Of a DNA stretch of 64,000 nucleotides, positions 51,041 through 61,581 are shown one piece after another (the first letter of the stretch is position 1; the number at the start of each line of letters is the position of its first letter). The position numbers were made by a program, and so were the translations under genes. The stretch lies in contig CM074809.1 of assembly GCA_037447605.1 (NCBI GenBank), positions 2,904,689 through 2,968,688 on the forward strand, written 5' to 3'. The notes below the pieces were generated by a model. That model did no database searches, had not been told where the DNA came from, and saw nothing but the letters and a program-made list of their open reading frames with translations. The DNA is from Zygnema circumcarinatum SAG 698-1b. Its lineage: Eukaryota > Plantae > Zygnematophyceae.

Positions 51041-51185
51041 TTTATATCTCCCTCCCTCCCTCCCCAATTCCTCCCTATTCCGCCCGGGGATCTGCCCGCC
51101 GGCCCGCCGGCCCGCCGAGGGACTGAGCAATGTACGGAATGTACGAAATGTACGAATGGTACGAATTATGTACGAATTGTACGAA
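51041..51185 (-). promoter_or_regulatory. Cytochrome b561 core promoter: TATA box plus a six-copy SBP-box binding site array
   Basis: TATAAA on the - strand at 51046-51041. (T/G)GTACG(G/A)A at 51131, 51140, 51149, 51158, 51169 and 51178, reading TTCGTACA/TCCGTACA on the gene strand. Confidence 0.7.
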
Positions 51186-51263
51186 CTAACTGACCGAGTG
51201 CCGGTCAAAGTGCGCGCTGCGCCGCGCTGTAATTCGAAAGTCCGCACTTTTCCCCCCCGAGCA

Positions 51264-51642
51264 GCCACGTGGCGACAAGCTGACCGCATCGGACCGGGGG
51301 CCGTCCAGCGCGCCACGTCAGATGCGACCGGGCGAGATGGCGCCACGCGCATGTGCGGGTCCAGGGAAAGACACGTGGTAAAGTTCTCGTCGATGACGCC
51401 ACGTGGCGAGTGCAGACGGAAGGCGCGTGGGAGATGTGACCCGATCGGACCGGACCAAGTGACCAAGATCCGATTTGTCGGCGCGACTCGCCGGGTGAGA
51501 CCTGGGCGGGCCTTTCTGGCGAGTTGTTGGTGGAATGAGACACGTGGCGGGCTGTGGTTGGGAGAGGCGTCCTGCCCGAAATCGTGGCATCAAACTGTTG
51601 GTACGGCTGGTCAACTATCGGTCAACGACCGTACTGTACGGA
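51264..51642. promoter_or_regulatory. G-box/ABRE cluster plus three further GTAC sites
   Basis: GCCACGTGGC at 51264 and 51398, GCCACGTCA at 51312, ACACGTGG at 51371, GACACGTGGC at 51539, CACGCG at about 51345. GTAC three times in 51601-51642. Confidence 0.55.
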
Positions 51643-51714
51643 AGCGGACGACTAAGAAGATATAAGAAGAATCGGAAGAATCATGCTGAAATTTGAAATT
51701 CGTGCCGCTGTGCT

Positions 51715-51792
51715 GGACATGGGCATGGACATGGACATTGACATGGACATGGGCATGGACATGGACATGGACATGGACATGGACATGGACAT
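51715..51792. repeat. (GGACAT)13 hexamer microsatellite
   Basis: Direct reading with three variant units (GGGCAT twice, TGACAT once). Confidence 0.95.
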
Positions 51793-52894
51793 GGCCCTCC
51801 CACGAAAGAATGATTGAATAGGCTCTTTGTACAAGCAACCAGAATCTGTTGTTCTGACGTTCCATGTTGTTGTTGACAATGGCAAGTTTGGGGAAAGTAC
51901 GTTCCAGCACACACCAGGACATGCACATGGTCCTTCGAAAGGATTCTTTCATGTGGACATGTGGGTATGGTAGAACGTGGAGAATGAATCACAGGGGAAG
52001 CTGTAGCGAGGGTTTGTTGTGGACCAAGGAACATGGAGCTGCCGGGGGGGACCCGGAAGGGGAGGGTGCACATACTATGAAACGCTGGAGATGAAAGAGA
52101 GGAGGGAGGGAGGGAGGAAGGAAAGGAAGGACAAGGGTAGAGCGGAAAGGCTTGGAAGTAGTTGCAAAATTTACACGGCGTCTCTTCTGTGGTCTCTTCA
52201 CAAAATCATCTTTTTCCAAACAAAGGCATCCTGATCTGTCTGCCAGTTCCCACCAAACACAGGTGGGACTGAACACCTCGGTCAGGTTATAATACAAAGG
52301 ACCAGATATCCTGGTTGAATAATCAGTTCACCTGTACGACTCTCCCTGCCTATGAAACGGCTATATCCGTCTGTATAATATGTATAGAAACGAGCATGAG
52401 GAAGGAAAAAGACCACACATTAACCTATCTTGAAATTCAAATGAGAACCACTTCTGCTTTGCTAATGCACCCTGGCTGGTGATCAAGTAAGCACCTTACG
52501 AAGACTTCAAGTAAGGTAACATTGAATGACAAACGGACAGACAAGTGGGAATGCTGCACTGAGTTGGCTTCTAACACGAATTTTGCCGTACGGATATTTG
52601 TAGCTTCCCGCCTCCAAGTTTCTCCTTGCATGGTGTCGGAACGAAAAATATTTGACTGACTCCAACGAATCTCCACTCCTGCTGAAGAGCCCTCAGCTTG
52701 TATGACCGAAGAATGAAGAAATCACTGCATCTTCAATACCTATTGTTAGAGGCATTGTTGTTCTAAAAAGGCATTAACAAGAGCCTTTATGTTCCGGTGT
52801 TTGTTTACACGTGGGCCATTTATTACAAGAGTAAAATTGAGACTAGAATAATTGATCAGCCTCCTAATGGAGTAACCTCGGAGTAACCATCCGT

Positions 52895-55800
52895 TCAAGT
52901 ATAGCGTTCCCCAAGCGATTGCCTGCGGATGATCTGCTGAAACAGCAGCATGGAGGGAGAAGCCTAATCAGAAAAAAAAACAGCTAAGGACTTCAACAAG
53001 CCGAATCCCACAGACACAGAATTGCGAGTTTAGTTCAAAGCACGAAAATAACTGTGATGGTCGCTTTAACTATGCACAGTATCAAATAAAAAGACAGTGA
53101 TAAGGCAAAGACATAGCTAATGCTTCCACACTCAATCCATTCTGGGCCATGACCCATTCAATGGTTCGTGTTGGTGTAGTTAAGCTGCACGTGTCGCAGA
53201 GATACCGACCATTCACTTTTCCCTCTAAACTAGCCACCGCTCTATCACTGAACAGAAAGCAGAACTGACCTCCTCCAACCGCAGGCACTTCTCCTTCACC
53301 TCTTGATGCGCCAATTCGAGCTCTTTGATTCGCGCTAATCCTGCTGCTCTTTCTTCTTGAACCCCCCTCAACAACGTTTCCATGACATCTCCAGATTCGC
53401 GGCGAGAAGAGCCACATGCAGCCTCACTCGCGCCCCCATCTTCCCTGCAGTCTCATAATTTTGGCGTTTCCTTGACGGAATCAGAGGGGACTCTCAGGCA
53501 GACCTCCCACATTGGCGCAGATGTATCCAGAAGTTTCAGATTTTTGTTGCTTTAATCGGCTCAACGAAGTCTTCAAACACAACAATAACTCGATATGAGA
53601 AGGCAAAACTCACCCACGCACAGCGAGACTTTGCAGGTCGTCCAAAAATTCTTCCAACGCAGCGGTTTTCCGGAACAGAACATCGACCAAAACCGGGCCC
53701 ATACGTGCCCAGAAATAATAGAAGACAGCGGCTGTCACAGAGCAGGTAAGGAAGCAACGGCCCACCACCTGCCGGTACGCACGAGTTTGGAGAGTAACCA
53801 ATGAGAGCAGGAAAAGAAAGAGGGAGAGTGTGCCACCTGTCACCACCGTACTGATCCAAGCACCATACCCACACCCACGCAACTGCCAACAGGTGAAAAA
53901 AACAGGGCAAAAAAGGCTGATGGTGAGCAGCATTTTTGTCTCATGTCTCGGTCTAGTGTGCTCAGAGAGCTGCAACCTATTGCATACTTTTCACGCACGT
54001 GCTTTGGAGCATCCTCAGTTTCTTTCTGCATGAGTAAAGCAAGGTCAGGACGTTGGCCCGGTGAGCAGTTTTGCGTACCGAAACTCATTATATCTTGCTA
54101 TGATGTTGCGCAAACGGTAAGCCTGAATCAAGAAAATGAGGAAATACACTGGCACCAATCCCAAAGCGCCTAGAGCCCATAAAATTCCCTGAATAACACA
54201 ATCTCCGCTGTTCGCGTCTGCAGCTATGCATGGCGAATCTTTCGGAGGAGTGATAGAAGGAGGCTCGCATGTCCCCGGCCTACGGAACTCAAATCTGAAA
54301 TAATATTCACAACAAGTTGACACTGTCAGGATGCTACTCTACTAGGAAATAGTATAGCACAGCGCCGGGCCCCGTTTACCTCCTAGCTAACAGGAGTATG
54401 CAGTGAGCATAACCACCATCTGATACTAACAAAGGGCTAACACAACACGCCATTTTTTTGAGGCTGTACGACCGGCGATCAACGGAGAGAATAAAGATCT
54501 GCAGACTTAGTGGGAAAGGGAAGGGGGTGCTCCAGGACACAGCTAAGGGGAAAGTGAAGAATTGCAAACAAGACAAGACAGAGGTGGATAGCTACGAAAA
54601 AGATCAAGGCAGCGGAGGTGAAAACCCAATCAAATTATCTCTTGGAGCTACTCAAATTGCTGAACCAAACAAGAGAAAATTGGCTCATACTTTCTGACTG
54701 AACCTGCCACCCTGAGCTTAAAAACCACAAACATGAACCATGACATGCAAATTCCACAGTTACCATCAAATTTTAACATCATATGCGAGCCCAACCCTAT
54801 CGCTTCTGTCCTTGGACTCACAAAACCCTCAAAGCATCTAAGTGAACAAGCTTGCTGCCGTCCCGGGGCACTCTGCAAACCCAAGCGCAGATTCTTTGGC
54901 ACAAAAGCTCCAAAGTCCCTGATGCCCCGTCACCTGCTTGCAGTCCACACAGTCGCAAACACACAGAACAAAATGGTTGGGAGCAACAGCAGGAAAAGCG
55001 GTCCCACGATCCAATGTATAGGATCCTTCCTGGCGACGAATATGCGATGAATATTGAACAGCCGTGCATTCAGGCAGTTAAGCCAGAGAGCAAAGCCAAA
55101 GCAGAGCTGCAGCCAGAAGGTCCACAGGGGGCAGACAGTCCAAAAGGTTCCCCTGCACAGGGTGATAAAGACACACTGACTATAAACCACATGGATTTAA
55201 ACAGGTCCATCAGTTGTCATCAATAAAGTGAGCATAGTTTACTAATGAGGATTGCATGATGTTTGTGAATACTCGCCGATTTTGACAGCATTCTATTGAT
55301 ATGAAGAGAATACTAATTGGCTGTGATCCACTATTCTCAGTTCTGGCATTCCAAGAACTTTATTTCGAGATGTAAGGCGAGTTGTTAACTCAACGTCTGG
55401 AAGACTGTGGAAATGCTACCTCATGCGTTCTGAAAAGCCTTGATCAGCTAAAACAATTGCCAAAGTTTAGAAGACAAGCAGTAGTGAATCCGAACAATGT
55501 TAATCATGAACACTATTGAGATATGAATGCGTAGCATATATCAACCTGCAATCGTCACGGAAATGAAAAGCTAACGAACCGCGCTGAAGGAAGAACTCAC
55601 CTATCTCGCTCGAAATGACCGTTGACAACAAGAGTAGCAAAGATCCAAACAAATCCTCCTAAGGAACTAAACACAGTGAGGTCCACGCTCTTTGCCTTTA
55701 TAGGCAGATATGACCTGCACAGAAAACAAAGATCATTACTTTAATTGGCAAGCAAGGAAGCCCGGTTCTCTGATTTGCAAAGCGTTCATATCTTGAAATC

Positions 55801-56749
55801 AATCTTGGAACACATATTGATTAGATGTGCCGCACATGGCATCGACCTCCCTTAGTCAACTATTACCAGCTACAGCGCAGCCTAATTCGTCAGCTATGAA
55901 TATCTAAATCTACAGTGCCGCAGCCAAAGAGCCTAGCCTTTGAAACCAGTTCCTGGCCTAACTGCTCATAACCATTGTTCCCTACTAAAAGTCACAGTGA
56001 AATTACCCAAGATAATGCGAATGGTAGACCCAAGCAAGAGGACGGAACGAAGCTAGTCATCCACATGTCCCGCGGGTCCCAAGACCCATCTCAAAAAACC
56101 AAGCCCACTCTTCAATCCCCAATATGCCATTCTTTGGAAAATGGCCAGGAAAATCTGCCATTCCCTCATTGCTTCAGAAATTTGTATCCTCCTGAACGGA
56201 CTTCAAAACTTGACCCTTAAAGTTTTTTATCAATTGTCATCAACAGCTTCACAAACGTTTGAACCGAGCTTTGTCTCAACACCACATATCAGATCACACA
56301 TCTCTCGTTTACATTATAAACACAAGCTACACCCTTTGTCCCAATTTTCCACACTGTCATCTGATCAAGGCATCATCATTTCGTGCAAAACCCTCTAAAT
56401 CTGACCTTGATGGAGGAACCCAGCCGAGTCTTCCCCAGATACTTCTATTGCGCACCCTCCATAAAAGCTAAAGTCATCCAAAACTCTTGCTGCGACTAAT
56501 GTGGTCCTTTGCTTCAAGGTCAAACTTTAAAATTCGACCATTGCATTCTAACTCTTACAGTTAGCATTGTAAAGTGCTGCGGAAGATTTTTTTTATAAGT
56601 CATAAGAAGTAAAGGCCCCACCTGTTCCAGAGAATGAGGACGTTTCCCGCAATAAAAGGAATCATGGCAACACCAATCAAGGCCGTCATCACGATATCCA
56701 AAGCATGGCCTGGAGGCTGAGAAATTTCGCAATCTCCCCTCGGCTCCAT
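52895..56749 (-). CDS. Orphan seven-transmembrane protein related to the RGS1 7TM and class C (GABA-B-like) GPCR domains, with a C-terminal coiled coil, about 387 aa
   Basis: Exons: 56749-56622, 55714-55601, 55152-54934, 54294-54075, 53882-53614, 53444-53270, 52933-52895 (1164 nt). The exon 4 donor is non-canonical and the last exon is tentative. Seven hydrophobic segments; motifs WNRSYLPIKAKS, CPLWTFWLQLCFGF, ARLFNIHRIFV, RNIIARYNEFRYL. Confidence 0.82.
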
Positions 56750-57174
56750 GCCAGCGGGCTCATCCAACCTAAAAAAGTGAAACATGAACCGTTTATTCAC
56801 TGGGAATGCACACCATCCCTCTCACAGACCAGCCCTGCGTTATATATTCCCCCTGTTGGGCCCGAAAAGAGCCTCTCATTGCCTCGAACTGACTCATACT
56901 GCACCGTATTTCCTCTCCTTGCAAGAGAGGTTAGCGACGCCATCAATCGTGCAGGTCGTGCAGAAAGCATACCACCTTCAAAGGACGCCTGGGACGCTGG
57001 CGCTCACATGCCAGCGGACGATTTCTGTGGTGGTAAAAGTCCCTGGGGACGCAGTGGATAAGTTTCGTTCTTGCAAACAAGGGAGGGGGACAAGCAGTAG
57101 TTGCTGCTATTGTCGTCTCGAGAGGGCGGTGAAGCCAAGCCCTCAGAGGGGAAGAGCATTCTTATTGAGCTTCT

Positions 57175-60100
57175 ATGGACGGCATTCTCCTGCATCACTC
57201 AGCGGCAGGAGCTTGCGTGCGGAGGGGATTGCATGAGACCTATCGCCGGACCCTCCTTCAAAAGCACGATGTGGGCTTAATGGCGTCAGAACAGGGTGTC
57301 CCTTTCTCTTCTCACAGGAGTGACTGGGTCGGAGTATCTTGTCAACTGAGTTCACCCCGTCGCCCTTGCGAAAGCTCTGCTGGATACCGTTCCCATCGTT
57401 TTTTAGGCTTTAAGAGTGCCTATCGAATTTTTAAGCGTTTTAGTAATGCTGGCGCTCGTAGTACACCTGTTGTCTCATCCTCCTCAGATAGAGGTGAAGG
57501 AGAGAAATCTAGCGAGCAAGACAACCCTGAGTCCCCTGCAAATCAAGACGACAAGCGTTCTCTTCAAGTCCTGGATGAGGATCAGCCACAAATTCCAAGA
57601 AACATTCAGAGCACGACTGATTTTCTGCGACCGTGGCCTGTTCCTTGGGGATTGAAGGAAACATCTCTCGGCATGATTCTTTGGATTGTAAGGTGTGCTC
57701 GTTAACTGTCTAGAAGTGAAAAATTACAGACTAACAAAAATCACAAGCTCCGGATTCTGATCAATCCGCTGCATTTTTTGCGGAAAGCAACTTTTGTCCC
57801 TATCGTACCGGTAGATTGTGCCGATTTTTAGCAAGAAGTTGATGCCGGGGGCTTGATTACCTGCGGACCGAAATGAACATTTGTCCACGCTTAACGCTAA
57901 GATGGGACGTACATTGATTTTGGAAAGGCTACGTTAAAATGCTACCCACAATTCTATCCCAGTCACAAAAAGTGCATATCTATGTTATGACAAATTCACA
58001 GGGCCACGAAAATGATGACAGTGATGGCAAACAAATCTTCGTGCAGTCGCTCCATCCTGTCTCTCATTCGTTTGTGCCCACGTATCGCTGAGCAGTCCAG
58101 CAGCTCAATCATGAAATGTTGTTCAAAAAGCAATCGCGACGGCAAAGGCGACCACTGAATTATTCGAACCATCCACCACTGATGGGTAGGAGCAGTGACA
58201 TATAACGTGGCCTAATTCCTATTTGCAGTCGTTCGCTAGTAGTTGAAATTCCTGCATCCACATGTACTGAGACTTGTTTCATGGTAAAGTGCTCAAAATC
58301 CAGTGCTTAGATCATGAGCAGAATATGCATTTGTTGATTACCATCTTTTTGTTTGTTGCAGTGTACCAATGTTGGTTGTCCGCTCTGGTTGACAGCTTCA
58401 TTGGGAGTGGATTGGTGGTCCAACTATTGGCGTACGCAGCCGGATGGACTCCCTGGCGCAGTGGCGACCAAGACCAGCAGGCTCTGTTTTTGCTGCTCAA
58501 TCAAGCAGTACGAACAGCCCTGGGAATTGGAGTTGTTTGGGCAGTAACGAGACCATATGAGCCACTCAATGCAGATTTTTTCTCCTTTGGTGCGTTGTCA
58601 AGGCCGTGTTGTTGCAAGTTTTTTGTTGATAGGGTGTAAGCATGAGCTCGCAAGCAGTTTTCTGTGTCAAGAGCAAGAAGTTGTGAATGATGGAGATTGC
58701 AAAGGCGATGTTTTGGCATATTTTAACTGATCTCATCCGATTTTTTTTGGTTAAATGCAGATTTCAAAAAGCCGTTCAGTTTGGAACGAGGTTGGCTGCT
58801 GTGGGCCGGTGTCGGCTTTTTGAGTGCATGTGTTCTCGTGGAGCTTTCTTCTCTGGCGCAAACGTCACTTCAAGGCGTGGAGCCTCCTCGAGATGTGAGT
58901 GTCCCTGGTGGGAAGTATAGTTGAATTGACTGCTTCTACGCTGCTTTGTTTACACGCTTTTAGTTATGTTCTGGTTACCGTTGATATGCATTTCATAGTA
59001 CCCGGAAGGCATGTGTGTTCAGACATAAGATTACTAGGCACGAGCAGACAGTTTGCCATTCAGCAATCACCAAATATACACCGACATCTTGTCAACAGCA
59101 GGTGAAAGTGATGTAGGTGAATGAAGACATGGTTTGCTGGACCTTTCTTCATGGTGCGAATTGAAACTTGGCAATCAAACTAGAAGCAGGGGTAGACTGC
59201 ATAATGCCTGCTCTGACGTTTGATTGATGCTGTAAAATTTTGTGCTGCAGGAGGGTGATGCGCTGTTACAGGTGTTGCCTATCATTGCGGCATCTCCTTT
59301 CAGCACAGGATCGCTCATCTTGGTTGCTGGGGTGTTTGCACCGTTTTTGGAGGAAACAATTTTTCGTGGTTTCCTCATGACTTCGTTGACAAAATGGTAA
59401 TACATGAGATCCAACATTATTTCTTCCTTACAGCACCCAGAAAGCAATGCCTTGCGAGTTAGCGTGTCTGTCAACCACCCTTAAAGACTGGAACTTCCAC
59501 TTGCAGGATGCCACTACCCTTGGCGGCTCTTCTCAGTGCAGGAGCCTTTGCAGGGGCTCATCTGACACCGAGCGAGTTTCCAAAGTTAACTGCCTTAGGT
59601 AAGTTTTGTTGCAGTACTTTCTACTGTTCTCACCCTGCCACCAGTCCCAGTTGCTTTTGGCATCTTTCCCCTTGGTGTCTGATTGCGTCATAACATTTCC
59701 CATTTGCACCAGAGCATTCCTCACTACTTTTGCTCACAAATATTTGGAAGGCATCTTATGCACACTCCAGTTAGCTTGCACACAACATCTACTGCAGTAG
59801 GGCTGCGCAGTCGATATGTCTATTGTTTTTTTGGACCTGTTATTGTCGACAACGATACAGACATGGGTCATTTATGTACATTTAGTCCAGCCTTCTGTAC
59901 TCATCAGAAGGGTTTTTTGTATGTTATGGAGGAATTGCTCAACAGGTCTGGTGCTTGGTTTGACATATGGGAAGACGAGGAACTTGCTGGCTCCGATGCT
60001 TATCCACTCATTGTGGAACTCTGGGATCATTATTCTCCTTACGCTCCTACGGGTATGTGCAGCCTCCTTTGATTATTAGTCTTTTCTCAGTGATGAAGAC

Positions 60101-60441
60101 TACGAAAATTTGCTCATGTTCTCATGTTGTCCGAGGTAAGTCAGTATAGGATCACTTCATTCTGACTTTTCCTCCCTGAGCTAGTTTCATTTCTCAAAGG
60201 TGGACGTACTTAAGTCAAGCTACCTTGCTACCTTGCTATGTGTGAACGACTTATTAGTGTCAGTGACGCAGTGTTGAGTGTCAATATGCAGAGTGAACAG
60301 CGTATAAGCTCATTGGTGACTTGCTGTGTTCGTTGTGTTCCCGATTCTGCCGCACTACTGCATGTTTAGAATAACTCTGCTACTGCGGCAATGGTTTGGG
60401 CACAGCTGGAGGGGTTCGACATTCAGGAGATGATTCAATGA
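57175..60441 (+). CDS. CAAX prenyl protease/Abi (CPBP) family membrane protein, At1g14270-like, with transit-peptide-like N-terminus, 408 aa
   Basis: Exons: 57175-57692, 58396-58589, 58761-58894, 59251-59396, 59507-59598, 59946-60052, 60406-60441 (1227 nt). CPBP motifs APFLEETIFRGFL, FAGAH and KTRNLLAPMLIHSLWNSG; also PWPVPW and GWLLW. Confidence 0.92.
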
Positions 60442-61581
60442 GGCTTCAGACATGTCTCGTCAGCATGTGACCTAGGCATATGGAGGGCAAAAAATATTCA
60501 AGATGTGAATACGTGTGACTGCGCCAGTTTCTCTGTGGGGATGAACTGCCTCAATGACACTACTTTTTGTTACTCCATCAGGAAACTCCAGAACATGGCC
60601 TACCCCGTGTCATAACATGTAAAGTCCCATTATTGTGAATTTGAAGTTGCGCATCCACTTGCTGTCCGCTTGCTCAATTCGTTCGTTAGGTTAAAAAGAG
60701 CGTGAATGGCTGCAGTAGGGCGCTGGTAATAGCAGCCATTTTGCGTGGCTGGCGAGCTTTGAAACTCATACATAAGAGCTTCCTCATGAACCTTTATTTT
60801 GTATCCCATATCCACCTTGTCGCCCCCTTTTGAAGCCCTAGGGGAATGTTTTTTCATGCCTCCCAGCAATCCTTCACCAGCAGGTAGCTAAACCTCTTGG
60901 CTTTCCAAAGCTTTCAGTTTTTCGGCAAACCGGTTGCCGTCCTGAACAACTGCACTTTTCTTTGGCTGCTATACGGACTCCCGGAGCAAGAGAATACTCT
61001 AACCCCAAGAAAAGGACATTTCGTTCACTGAATTGATGACTAGAATTCACTTTGTAGTTTTTTAGTCAATTTGTACTATTTTCCATCACAGTGTAGAACA
61101 CAAACGAGGCGTAGACAGAAGGTGCCAACATCTGTTTAACATTTTTTTATTGCATACTTCCTCACATCATTCCTCCCGTGGCCGAAGCGGCAATTAAAAT
61201 GAATGAATATGCTGCTGGTTCACTCTCCCAACCGAAGGCACCCAGCATGGAACTAAAACAATTCCCTGCAGTGAACGGACGGACTTGCTGGAAAGGAGTC
61301 GCCTGAACGAGCAGAAAGAATCTGAAACATGGTTATGCTTACATTGCTACAGAACCCTAAAAAGCGGGAATGGGGAATCAACGAGAGGTTGCTTCCAAAC
61401 ACTTGGATGGGTCTTCTCTGGCCTTCCTGCTCTCAAGGGGAGCTTCCAGACACTCCTTTAGGACTTCGAAATATCAACACCTGCATCCTATAAATACAGC
61501 CGAAGCACAAGCCCCCAAGCTACAGTAGCGTGCAAAACTGATGTCCAATCGCTGGCAGAGTCTAACAGTCTGTAAGCGTAA

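Noticed and set aside
50475-51665. 396-aa + strand ORF
   Set aside because: Starts at a non-ATG codon and runs antisense through cytochrome b561 exon 1 and its GC-rich promoter; its repeats (NVRNVR) derive from the GTAC array.
51989-52676. Downstream ORFs as a possible RGS-box exon of the 7TM gene
   Set aside because: Neither 52437-52676 nor 51989-52297 shows the RGS pattern (L..LL...F..F...E...F).
60630-60869. 79-aa minus-strand ORF between the convergent CAAX and F-box 3' ends
   Set aside because: No ATG at its start, no recognisable motif, and neighbouring frames are stop-interrupted; probably UTR or intergenic.
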